Below the pieces are notes generated by a model, which made no database searches, was not told where the DNA came from, and saw only the letters and a program-made list of their open reading frames with translations. A stretch of 64,000 nt of DNA from an uncultured Candidatus Binatia bacterium. Lineage in GTDB: Bacteria > Desulfobacterota > Binatia > UBA9968 > JAJDTQ01. The position numbers and the translations under genes are program-made. Positions 8,295-17,523 of the stretch are shown piece after piece. Location: assembly GCA_965215605.1 (NCBI GenBank), contig OZ244070.1, positions 2,432,001 through 2,496,000 of the forward strand, read 5' to 3'. The first letter of the stretch is position 1. Each line of letters opens with the position of its first letter.

Positions 8295-10502
8295 ATGAAG
8301 ATCATCGGCACCGCGGCGGCGCGGGTGGACGGCGTCGCCAAGGTCACGGGACAGGCCGAATACGCCTCGGACCTCACGTTGTCGGGCATGCTCTGCGGCA
8401 AGATCCTGCGGAGCCCCCACCCCCACGCCCGCATCGTCTCCATCGACACGCGCGCGGCGGAGCGGCTCCCCGGCGTCCGCGCCGTGCTCACGCGCGAGGA
8501 CTTCCGCAACCGGAACCCCTGGTTCAGCGGCCGGATCCAGGACCATCCCATCGTGGCGCTGGAGCGCGCGCTCTTCGCGGGCCAGCCGGTGGCCGCGGTG
8601 GCGGCGGACGACGAGGCCGCCGCGGAAGACGCGCTCCGCGCGGTGGCGGTGGAGTACGAACCGCTGTCCGCGGTGGTCACCATCGAGGAGGCCGTCGCCG
8701 ACGGCGCGCCGCAAGTCCACGAGGCCGCGCCCGGCAACATCTGCTTCAGCGACCGGCTCGAGAAGGGCGACGTGGCGGCCGGGTTCGCCGAGGCCGACAC
8801 CGTGGTGGAGGACACCTTCACCTTCCCCATGGTGTACCACTACGCCATGGAGCCCCACGCGGCCATCGCCAAGGTGGATGCCGAGGGGGTGACGGTGTGG
8901 AGCTCCTGCGCCCACCCCTTCGGCGTGCAGCTCGAGCTGGCCCACATCTTCGGCCTTCCGCTTGCGAGCGTCCGAGTCATCATCCCCTACGTGGGCGGCG
9001 CCTACGGCAGCAAGTCCGGGGCCAAGATCGAGCCCCTGGCGGTGGCGCTGGCGCAGAAATGCGGCCGGCCGGTCCGGGTGGCCCAGAACGTCTCCGAGGC
9101 CATGATGACCGTGCGGCGCCACTCGGCCCTGTGCCGGGTGCGCACCGGCGCCAGGCGGGACGGCACCCTGGTGGCCAGGCAGGCGGAGATCTTCCTCAAC
9201 ACCGGCGCCTTCGCGGAGCTTGGGCCGGTGGTGACCAGCCGCACCCTCACCCGCATCCTGGGGCCGTACCGCATCCCCAATCTCCGGGTGGAGTCCCACT
9301 GCGTGTACACCAACACCGTGTCGGCGGCATCGTTCCGCTCCATCGGCGGCCCGCAGACCGCTTGGGCCAACGAGTCGCAGATGGACATCCTCGCCGACGA
9401 GTTGGGCCTCGACCCCCTGACCTTCCGTCTGAAGAACCTGCTCTACCGGGGCGAGGAGTTGAAGCCCGGCGGCAAGCCGCTGGACGCCGACCTCCGGGAG
9501 GGGCTCGGCCGGGTCACCGAGCGGATGGGATGGGACGGACCCGTGGCCGCCTCCGGGAAGGGCCGGGGGCTGGCGTTCGGGGTCACCGACCCGGGGGCGC
9601 CGCTGGCGTCCACCTCCACCGTGCACGCCCTCTCGGACGGCAGCGTGGTGCTGCTCGTCGGCACCTCGGAGATTGGCCAGGGATCGCGCACCGTCATGAG
9701 CCAGATCGTGGCCGAGGAGCTTCGCGTCCCGTTCGACAAGGTGCGGGTGCGTCCGCCGGACACCGCCTACACGCCCTACGACCGCTCCACCGGGTCCAGC
9801 CGTTCCACCACGGTGATGGGCAAGGCCACGCAGTTGGCCGCGGCCGATGCCCGCGAACAGATCCTGGAGCTGGCCATGGAGCGCTTCGAGGCGCCCCGGG
9901 AGGCCGTCGAGCTCGCCGATGGCGAGGCCCGGGCGGGCGGCCAAGGTGTTTCCTACGGCGAGCTGATCCGCAACCATTTCGCTATGCAGGGAGGTGAGAT
10001 CGTGGGCCGCGGCTACGCCCACAGCGGCATGGCCCCGACCCCCGCCAACCCGCTCTTCTGGGAGATCGGCATCGGCGCCGCCGAGGTCGACGTGGACCGG
10101 GACACGGGCGAGGTCCGGCTCGGCCGTTACGTCATGGCCGCCGACGTGGGCAAGGCCCTGAACCCGCTCCAATGCGAAGGCCAGGACGAGGGCGCCGCCA
10201 TGATGGGCATCGGCCACGCGCTGATGGAGTCCATCGAGTACGGCGACGGCCAGATCCTGAACCCGAACCTGGTGGACTACCGCGTGCCGAGCTTCGAGAA
10301 CCTGCCGGCGACCTTCGAATCGATATTGGTGGAGAACGGTGACGGCCCCGGCCCCTACGGCGCCAAGGGCATGGGAGAGGGCGGCATCATCCCGGTGGCG
10401 CCCGCCGTGGCCAACGCGGTGTTCCGCTGCACCGGCGCCCGCGTCAAGGACCTGCCGCTGACCCCGGAGAAGGTGTGGCGCGCCATGCGCCGAAACGGAT
10501 AA
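8295..10502 (+). CDS. Xanthine dehydrogenase-family molybdopterin-binding large subunit
   Basis: AKVTG.A.Y, LRSPHPHARI, GGAYGSK, GQGSRT, GAKGMGEGG; true start MKIIG at 8295. Confidence 0.9.
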   Translation: MKIIGTAAARVDGVAKVTGQAEYASDLTLSGMLCGKILRSPHPHARIVSIDTRAAERLPGVRAVLTREDFRNRNPWFSGRIQDHPIVALERALFAGQPVAAVAADDEAAAEDALRAVAVEYEPLSAVVTIEEAVADGAPQVHEAAPGNICFSDRLEKGDVAAGFAEADTVVEDTFTFPMVYHYAMEPHAAIAKVDAEGVTVWSSCAHPFGVQLELAHIFGLPLASVRVIIPYVGGAYGSKSGAKIEPLAVALAQKCGRPVRVAQNVSEAMMTVRRHSALCRVRTGARRDGTLVARQAEIFLNTGAFAELGPVVTSRTLTRILGPYRIPNLRVESHCVYTNTVSAASFRSIGGPQTAWANESQMDILADELGLDPLTFRLKNLLYRGEELKPGGKPLDADLREGLGRVTERMGWDGPVAASGKGRGLAFGVTDPGAPLASTSTVHALSDGSVVLLVGTSEIGQGSRTVMSQIVAEELRVPFDKVRVRPPDTAYTPYDRSTGSSRSTTVMGKATQLAAADAREQILELAMERFEAPREAVELADGEARAGGQGVSYGELIRNHFAMQGGEIVGRGYAHSGMAPTPANPLFWEIGIGAAEVDVDRDTGEVRLGRYVMAADVGKALNPLQCEGQDEGAAMMGIGHALMESIEYGDGQILNPNLVDYRVPSFENLPATFESILVENGDGPGPYGAKGMGEGGIIPVAPAVANAVFRCTGARVKDLPLTPEKVWRAMRRNG

Positions 10503-10526
10503 GGGCGGGTCCGGGACCCGCCCTTA
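10500..10526. terminator. Perfect 12-bp hairpin between convergent genes (bidirectional terminator or REP-like)
   Basis: TAAGGGCGGGTC-CGG-GACCCGCCCTTA. Confidence 0.55.
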
Positions 10527-10551
10527 CTCAAACAGGCGTGTAAACGCGTTC

Positions 10552-11616
10552 CTACAGTCCGTAGAAGACCCGCGAGTTGGTGTTGAGGATCTTCTCGGCC
10601 TGATTGTTGTCGATCCGCCCCTCGTCCACCCAGTTGCGCACCTCGTTGAGGCCGCTCAGGTTGGCGGAGATGTCGGTGTGGCTGTAGTCCGTGCCGACGA
10701 TCAGGTGGTCCTCGGTGTGGAACTTCAGGAGCGACTCGATATCGTCGATGGGATCGATGGTGATGTAGGTGCGATTCTTGCGGAAGATGTCGGGGTCGAG
10801 GTCGCACAGTTGCGGCAGGGCGGTGCCCGTGCCGCGGAGCGCTGCGCGCTTGGTCGCGCCCAGTTGTGACAGCACGTAGGGAATCCACGACGCCCCGGAC
10901 TCGATGAAGCCGAAGCGCAGGTTGGGGAACATCTCCGGCACCTTGGAGGTCACCAGTTCGGCGAAGGCGTACATGATGGGGAAGCCCCGGTCCCACTCGC
11001 GCGAGGGCAGCGGGTGGCCCGTGTGGAAGCACAGGGGCATGTCCAGGCGGTTGGCCTCCTCGTACACCGGGAAGAAGTGCGGGTCGGTGACCTTGCGGCC
11101 GATGTCGAAGCCGCGCTTGAAGACGCCGCAGGCGCCGTGCTCCTTGGCCCAGCGCAGCTCCTCGATGCCCATTTCCGGATTCAGCCACGGCAGCACCGCG
11201 GCCCACTGAAGCCGCCCGTTGGTGGGCGCGCACTTCTCGGCCAGCCAGCGGTTGTAGGTTGTGGCGAGCGCCCATTCGGCTTCGGCGTTCTGTGTGTTGT
11301 GGCGGATGAAAAAGGTCGGGAAGATCACCTGGATGTCCACGCCCATCTCGTCCATGTGGGCCACCCGCCCCTCCACGTCGTCCAGCTCCCGCCGCACCCG
11401 CGGCGGATGGTTGATCTCGTCCCGCACCGCGCGGTTCTGCAGCCTGCCCTCCACCACCCAACTGCGCCGCGTGGTGGTGTTGAAACCGGCCCGGTTCGCC
11501 TCGTCATCGGACATGTGGACCGTCACGGGCATGTACTTCGCGTAAGGCGTCCCTTCCAACGCGGCCCAGGTGGCATCGGACTCGTCGACATGGGTATCGG
11601 CATCGATCACGGACAT
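10552..11616 (-). CDS. Amidohydrolase_2 family protein
   Basis: IDADTHV, FHTGH, FIESGASW, GTDYSH; AGGAGG RBS before MSVIDAD. Confidence 0.88.
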   Translation of the reverse strand: MSVIDADTHVDESDATWAALEGTPYAKYMPVTVHMSDDEANRAGFNTTTRRSWVVEGRLQNRAVRDEINHPPRVRRELDDVEGRVAHMDEMGVDIQVIFPTFFIRHNTQNAEAEWALATTYNRWLAEKCAPTNGRLQWAAVLPWLNPEMGIEELRWAKEHGACGVFKRGFDIGRKVTDPHFFPVYEEANRLDMPLCFHTGHPLPSREWDRGFPIMYAFAELVTSKVPEMFPNLRFGFIESGASWIPYVLSQLGATKRAALRGTGTALPQLCDLDPDIFRKNRTYITIDPIDDIESLLKFHTEDHLIVGTDYSHTDISANLSGLNEVRNWVDEGRIDNNQAEKILNTNSRVFYGL

Positions 11617-11794
11617 GGCAAAACCTCCTGCGCCTGACACGGCCGGACTGGGTACAGCCGGCATCTAACAGGCTGGCATCACAATTTTTCCTGTACCCTA
11701 GCAACTATCGCGGGTCTCGGCAATTTCAGCGTATGGCCTTCCGGCCATCTTCGGCCGCGCCGCTCCGCCCCGGGATACTTATGCCGCATATTGC

Positions 11795-11829
11795 TTGCTG
11801 TCTGCTGTCACCGATGTCAGAATGCGGTC
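11795..11829 (+). promoter_or_regulatory. Probable leaderless promoter of the fitA-vapC operon
   Basis: TTGCTG-17 nt-CAGAAT with extended TG, 6 nt before ATG 11830, no SD. Confidence 0.45.
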
Positions 11830-12066
11830 ATGCCGGTACAGATTACCATTCGAGGCGTTCCGGAGCATGTGCGCGACGAACTCGCGGTGCGGGCGGCGTC
11901 GCAGCGGCAATCCATGCAGGAATATCTCCGTTGCGAGCTGGAGCGCATCGCGTCCCGGCCCTCCCTCGACGCGTGGCTGCAGGGCGTCCGTGAGCGCAAG
12001 GAAGCGGCGGGCTCGCGCGTCGGACCTGCGGGCATCCTGCGCGCCCGTGACGCGGACCGGACGTGA
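11830..12066 (+). CDS. FitA-like ribbon-helix-helix antitoxin
   Basis: MPVQITIRGVPEHVRDELAVRAA...SMQEYLR; overlaps the toxin start. Confidence 0.82.
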   Translation: MPVQITIRGVPEHVRDELAVRAASQRQSMQEYLRCELERIASRPSLDAWLQGVRERKEAAGSRVGPAGILRARDADRT

Positions 12067-12464
12067 TCGTCCTTGACGCATCCGTGCTGGTCGCGGCGTT
12101 GGTAGACTCGGGTCACGAGGGGCGGTGGGCGGAAACCCTGGTCGCCGAAGGGGACTTGGCAGTCCCCGAGTTGGCGCTGGTCGAGGCGACCAACATCCTG
12201 CGTCGGCTGGAACGGTCCGGCGAGATCTCGCGGCTGGAGGCCAACAGCGCACACCGGGACCTGTTGCGGTTGGACGTGGATTTGTTCCCGTTCGCGCCTC
12301 TTGCCGATCGCGTATGGGCCTTGCGGAGCAATCTGACGGCTTACGACGCTTGGTACGTCGCACTGGCCGAAGCGCTGGGTTGCCCGTTGGCGACCCTCGA
12401 CCGGAAGCTCGGTCGCGCCCCGGGTCCGGTGTGTGAGATCGTCGTGCCAACGGGTCGTCGATGA
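12063..12464 (+). CDS. vapC: VapC/PIN-domain toxin
   Basis: IVLDASV, E, LTAYDAWYVALAE, TLDRKL. Confidence 0.9.
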   Translation: MIVLDASVLVAALVDSGHEGRWAETLVAEGDLAVPELALVEATNILRRLERSGEISRLEANSAHRDLLRLDVDLFPFAPLADRVWALRSNLTAYDAWYVALAEALGCPLATLDRKLGRAPGPVCEIVVPTGRR

Positions 12465-12584
12465 TCGGTCATATTCGAAGAAGCCCGTGACCTCCAAGGA
12501 AACTAGGCTGAGTTGGAAATCTACGACGAGCAACGGCGTCGCTTCGATTGGTGATCTGGCCAACGACAGGGGAGAGCTTGAGGC

Positions 12585-14651
12585 ATGATCTATCAGCCAG
12601 ATGCTGCTCTGAAACTGCTGCGATTGGGTTCCGGTAGATTTGACGCAGAGTTTCGCGAGGGCCAAGAAGAGGCTATCCAGCATGTCGTGAGCGGGAGTGG
12701 CCGGTTGTTGGTTGTGCAGAAGACCGGTTGGGGCAAGAGCTTTGTCTACTTCATCGCGACGAAGCTGCTTCGTGAAGGAGGTATGGGTCCTGTACTTCTC
12801 ATTAGTCCACTACTTGCGCTTATGCGTAACCAGATCGCCGCGGCTGAGCGGATGGGGGTTCGCGCTGAGACAATTCATTCCGACAATCAGTACCGTTGGG
12901 AGCAGGTCGAAAACGCTGTCCATCGTGACGAGGTGGATATCCTGCTCATCTCACCCGAAAGGTTGGCCAATGAACGTTTCCGTGCCGAGGTGCTCGGGAA
13001 GATTGCAGATCGTATTGCATTTCTGGTGATCGATGAGGCGCATTGCATCTCGGACTGGGGTCACGACTTCCGCCCTCATTACCGGCTGATCGAACGCATC
13101 GTGCGCACCTTGCCGTCGAATCTTCGCTTGCTGGCGACTACTGCCACGGCAAACAACCGGGTAATTGTCGATTTGACCGAAGTGCTCGGGCCAAACTTGA
13201 AAATATCCCGTGGCGATCTCAACCGACCTTCCCTTGTTCTTCAGACGATTCGGTTGCCGAGTCAGGCTGAGCGACTTGCGTGGTTGGAGCAACAATTGCG
13301 CGTTCTTTCGGGTCACGGGATCATCTACACGCTCACGGTCCGTGATGCGGAACAGGTCAGTGAGTGGCTCCGTTCCCGTGGCCTGGACGTTGCCGCCTAC
13401 ACGAGTGAAACGGATCGGCGCCCGGAACTGGAAGAAGCTCTTCTTCAAAACAGAATAAAGGCACTTGTGGCGACCACAGCCTTGGGCATGGGCTTTGACA
13501 AACCGGATCTGGCTTTTGTTATCCACTACCAGGCGCCGGGGTCCGCGGTGGCGTACTATCAGCAGGTCGGTCGTGCCGGGAGGGCACTCGATGCGGCGTA
13601 TGGCGTGCTGTTGAGCGGCGAGGAAGAAACCGAGATCACTGATTACTTCGTCAACAGTGCGTTTCCCACGCGTGCTGAAGTCCGAGAGATCCTGGATGCC
13701 CTGGAGCGGGAACCTGATGGTTTGTCGGTTCCGGAGATTGAGGGAGCAGTCAACATCAGCACTGGTCGCATCCAGAAGACGATGCAGCTCCTTTCTTTGG
13801 AAGCTCCGTCGCCGGTTGCCAAGGACGGAGCCAAATGGCAATTGACTGCTGCGGTCCTAAACCCTGGCTTCTGGGAACGGGCGGAGCGACTCACCGAACT
13901 ACGGAAGAGGGAACAGGAACAGATGCAGGAATACGTGGGTCTCGACTCCGGTCACATGGAGTTTCTTGTGCGAGCGTTGGATGGAGACCCGGAGGGCATG
14001 TCTCCGCCAAGCTTGCCGCCTTTGGCGACGGAGCCGGACCCGGCTCTGGTTCGGACGGCGGTCACTTTTCTTCGACGCAAGAGCCTGCCGTTCGAACCGC
14101 GAATGCAATGGCCTTCTGGAGGCCTACAACATTATACGCTGTCTGGGCGAATAGATCCCGGGCTGCAGGCTCAACCCGGCAAGGCACTATGCGTTTGGGG
14201 CGACGCTGGTTGGGGCGGTTTGGTGCGCCAGGGGAAGTACGGTGACGGTCACTTCTCGGACGAGTTGGTTGGGGCGTGCCGGAAGTTGATCGAAGATTGG
14301 AGCCCGGAACCGGCGCCCGAATGGGTGACTTGTATCCCGTCACGGCGGCATCCGGAACTTGTCCCTGATTTCGCCAGACGCCTGGCCGACTCTCTTGGGC
14401 TTCCTTTCCGGCAAGTAGTAGTCAAGACGGAAGACCGCCCAGAACAGAAGACGATGGAGAACGGCCCTCAGCAGGCACGCAATGTTGACGGCTCGTTGAC
14501 CTTGACTGTGGAGCCATTGCCTGACGGGCCATTGCTGCTTGTGGATGACATGGTAGACTCGCGTTGGACCTTCACTGTCGCAGCTTGGCTGCTTCGTTCA
14601 AGTGGGAGCGGTGAGGTGTGGCCGTTGGCACTTGCTCAAGTGGGGGGCTGA
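12585..14651 (+). CDS. RqlH-like RecQ-family helicase with C-terminal ComF/PRTase-like domain
   Basis: [39 protein letters not shown]; C-terminal [16 protein letters not shown]-loop-like motif; no HRDC; 688 aa. Confidence 0.88.
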   Translation: MIYQPDAALKLLRLGSGRFDAEFREGQEEAIQHVVSGSGRLLVVQKTGWGKSFVYFIATKLLREGGMGPVLLISPLLALMRNQIAAAERMGVRAETIHSDNQYRWEQVENAVHRDEVDILLISPERLANERFRAEVLGKIADRIAFLVIDEAHCISDWGHDFRPHYRLIERIVRTLPSNLRLLATTATANNRVIVDLTEVLGPNLKISRGDLNRPSLVLQTIRLPSQAERLAWLEQQLRVLSGHGIIYTLTVRDAEQVSEWLRSRGLDVAAYTSETDRRPELEEALLQNRIKALVATTALGMGFDKPDLAFVIHYQAPGSAVAYYQQVGRAGRALDAAYGVLLSGEEETEITDYFVNSAFPTRAEVREILDALEREPDGLSVPEIEGAVNISTGRIQKTMQLLSLEAPSPVAKDGAKWQLTAAVLNPGFWERAERLTELRKREQEQMQEYVGLDSGHMEFLVRALDGDPEGMSPPSLPPLATEPDPALVRTAVTFLRRKSLPFEPRMQWPSGGLQHYTLSGRIDPGLQAQPGKALCVWGDAGWGGLVRQGKYGDGHFSDELVGACRKLIEDWSPEPAPEWVTCIPSRRHPELVPDFARRLADSLGLPFRQVVVKTEDRPEQKTMENGPQQARNVDGSLTLTVEPLPDGPLLLVDDMVDSRWTFTVAAWLLRSSGSGEVWPLALAQVGG

Positions 14652-14653
14652 TA

Positions 14654-15940
14654 ATGAGTGAGACGCTCTCCCCGAACACCAAAGCGATTCTCTTGTTGAC
14701 CGCGCCTTTGATTGTTGGACGCGGCAAGGGGGATGAACCAGCCAACCTCCTTACGCCGAAGGAATACACGAGACTCGCAGTGTATCTCCGAGAGGCGGGA
14801 AGGCAGCCCGCCGATCTGGTGGGCTCGGACACCACTCAACTTCTTGGTGATTGCCATCCCATAGTCGATCAGGATCGGCTCAAGCGTCTCTTGGGCCGAG
14901 GTTTTCTGTTGAGTCAAGCGTTCGAGCGCTGGCAGACAAGGGCGATTTGGGTGCTGAGCCGCGCTGATGATGCTTATCCGCAGAAGCTCAAGGCGCGGTT
15001 GAAGAACGACTCGCCCAGCTTGCTTTATGGCTGCGGGGACCGGGAAATTCTCAACAGCGGGGGATTGGCGGTCGTAGGATCGCGTAACGTGAACGACTCG
15101 TTGGTCGAGTACACTTCCGGAATTGGGTGTCTTGCGGCGAGCGCGCGACGGACCGTGGTATCCGGGGCAGCCAGAGGCGTTGACCAGGCGGCCATGCGAG
15201 CCGCACTGGAGTCGGGTGGCAAAGTCACCGGTGTGCTGGCCGACAGCCTCGAAAAAACCGTCACGAATCGCGAGCACAGAAATCTGTTGTTGGCTGGGCG
15301 GCTTGCCCTGATATCACCTTACGATCCGAATGCGGGTTTCAACACGGGTAACGCCATGCGGCGCAATAGAGTAATCTACGCCTTGGCGGACGCGGCTCTG
15401 GTGGTTAACGCGGATATGAACAAGGGCGGGACTTGGGCCGGTGCGAAAGAACAACTGGACAAGCTGCATCTGGTACCTGTGTATGTGCGTTCGACGGGTG
15501 AAGGATCAGAGGGCCTCGATGCCTTGAGAAACATGGGAGCACTACCGTGGCCGAATCCCGTAGATCCGGACGAACTCGATGCCGTTTTTCAGTCCGATAT
15601 CCGCAAAACGCCAGACCGTCTGACCCAAAGGGCTCTGCCGTTCGATGCTTGGCGGGAATCTGTGGAACCGAAACGACAACCATGGGCAACGCCGGTATCA
15701 CGAACGGCAGACAATCCGAGTCTTGATCCCGCCGAAGAACTGTATCAGACGATACGATCAGTGGTTACTCAACTGCTTGTAGAACCCAAGAGGGCCGCGG
15801 AAGTTGCTGGAGAACTGGATGTCACCAAGCGTCAAGCTGAGGAATGGCTGAAGCGGCTCGTCGCGGAAGGTGTCCTGGAGAAACGCAGCAGACCGGCACG
15901 AAGCTATGTAATACGGCAGGACGAACTGCCAGTGCAGTAA
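14654..15940 (+). CDS. DprA/Smf-like DNA-processing protein (RqlI-like) with C-terminal wHTH
   Basis: [41 protein letters not shown]; starts 2 nt after the helicase stop. Confidence 0.88.
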   Translation: MSETLSPNTKAILLLTAPLIVGRGKGDEPANLLTPKEYTRLAVYLREAGRQPADLVGSDTTQLLGDCHPIVDQDRLKRLLGRGFLLSQAFERWQTRAIWVLSRADDAYPQKLKARLKNDSPSLLYGCGDREILNSGGLAVVGSRNVNDSLVEYTSGIGCLAASARRTVVSGAARGVDQAAMRAALESGGKVTGVLADSLEKTVTNREHRNLLLAGRLALISPYDPNAGFNTGNAMRRNRVIYALADAALVVNADMNKGGTWAGAKEQLDKLHLVPVYVRSTGEGSEGLDALRNMGALPWPNPVDPDELDAVFQSDIRKTPDRLTQRALPFDAWRESVEPKRQPWATPVSRTADNPSLDPAEELYQTIRSVVTQLLVEPKRAAEVAGELDVTKRQAEEWLKRLVAEGVLEKRSRPARSYVIRQDELPVQ

Positions 15941-15979
15941 GCGTCGCGGCGAAAAAGGAATACCCGAAACCTGCGGCCC

Positions 15980-17176
15980 CTACCCGATCCCCTCCCGCGT
16001 CTCCGCGATCACCAGGTCCACCACCGCGCGCAGCGCCTGATCGTTGGTATCCCCCTCCACCCGGCGGAGGCGGAACAGGTCGATCTGGCGGTCGGCGCCG
16101 GTGCCTTCGCGGGTGATGGCGAGGGCGTGTTGCAGCTCCTTCTCGCAGTCCAGGGCGCGGGCGTCGTCGGCCAGTTCTTCCACCAGCTCCTTGGCGTAGT
16201 CCTCGACGTCCTTGCGGCCGCCCTCCCGGGTGTCGCCGTGGAAGCCGAGCACGCCGTAGCGCTGGGCCAGCCAGCGGTTCTCGGCGATGATCTCGGTGGG
16301 CGGCTCGGCCGGCAGTCCGCCTTCACGGTCGAGGCGCGACAGCCGCCGGATGAGGCAGGCGTAGAGGGCGGCGATGCACATGGCGTCGTCGACACGCGGG
16401 CACAGGTCGCAGATGCGCAGCTCAATGGTGGGGAAGCGCACGGACGGCCGGATGTCCCACCACAGCTCGCTGCCGTCGCCGATGAGGTTCATTCGCTGGT
16501 AGTCCCCCACCAGTTGGTCGAACTCCGCCCGGGACCACATGGGGCCGGGGAGGCCGGTGCGCGGCAGCGCGCCCATGATGGTGAGCCGGTAGGACTTGAA
16601 CCCGGTCTCGCGGCCGCCGTGGAAGGGCGACGACGTGGAAAGGGCGTGCAGCAGGGGCATGTGGCGCCGCATCGCGGTCATGACCCGGATGCGCGAGTCG
16701 GGGTCGCCGAACCCGGCGTGGATGTGCATGCCGCTCACGAGCAGGCGCCGTGCGGTCTCCTGGAACGTGGTGGCGAGTCTGTCGTACCGTTCCTTGGGCG
16801 TGCTCATCTGCGATTCCCACGCCGCGAAGGGATGGGTCGACGCGGCCATCACCGCGGCGCCGTGCCGGTCGGCCGCCTCCGCCACCACCCGGCGGGTCTC
16901 CTTGAGCGCGCTCCGCAGGTCCGCCACGGACTCGCACACGCGGGTGTTGGTCTCGATCTGGGAGCGAAGGAACTCGTGCACGAACCCGTGAGGCCCGCGG
17001 TTCTTTTCGCACCAGTCGAAGATCCCCGTGTCCGGATCGGCGATGATGTCGCGGCTGTCCGGATCCACCAGCCAGAACTCCTCCTCGATGCCGAAGGTGA
17101 TTTCCACGTCCTTCCGTGCCTCGGCCTCTTCGTCCTCGGCTTCACCCACGAGTCTGCGCAGTCGCTCGAACGCCAT
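15980..17176 (-). CDS. Carboxylate-amine ligase (GCS2/YbdK family)
   Basis: FGIEEEF, SQIE, ASTHPF, GMHIHAG, SSPF, WWDIRP, TIELRICD. Confidence 0.9.
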   Translation of the reverse strand: MAFERLRRLVGEAEDEEAEARKDVEITFGIEEEFWLVDPDSRDIIADPDTGIFDWCEKNRGPHGFVHEFLRSQIETNTRVCESVADLRSALKETRRVVAEAADRHGAAVMAASTHPFAAWESQMSTPKERYDRLATTFQETARRLLVSGMHIHAGFGDPDSRIRVMTAMRRHMPLLHALSTSSPFHGGRETGFKSYRLTIMGALPRTGLPGPMWSRAEFDQLVGDYQRMNLIGDGSELWWDIRPSVRFPTIELRICDLCPRVDDAMCIAALYACLIRRLSRLDREGGLPAEPPTEIIAENRWLAQRYGVLGFHGDTREGGRKDVEDYAKELVEELADDARALDCEKELQHALAITREGTGADRQIDLFRLRRVEGDTNDQALRAVVDLVIAETREGIG

Positions 17177-17523
17177 GTCCCGCCTCGCTTGTGTTGGCGG
17201 CCTGCAACGGCCGGATCACTGGAATCATCATCCACCTGGAAACCCGCACGCGGAGAGATATCGCACGCACGGTGCGGGGAGGCAAGGGCGGACCCACGCG
17301 GGACCGCGGCGACAACACGCATGAGGCGGCGCCCGAACGGGATCGGCCAACGAACGAGACGCCTGCGCTGGTCCGATTTTCGCGTTTCTTTGTCGTATGG
17401 TCACGGGAACGTAACATGCCCCGGTTAAGCTTCCAGTCATCAAGTTCCGATGCCCCGGACCCAGACACGGCGGTTCGGATAAGATGGGCTCGGCTGGAAT
17501 CGCAAAGACCACGGAGGGAAAAA

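Noticed and set aside
8295-10502. Aerobic CO dehydrogenase CoxL
   Set aside because: It lacks the AYxCSFR (form I) and AYxGAGR (form II) loops, and no coxM/S or accessory genes are adjacent; the same holds for 42767-45043.
14654-15940. Natural-competence dprA locus
   Set aside because: It is coupled to an RqlH-like helicase, has atypical composition and has no competence or topA-type neighbours.
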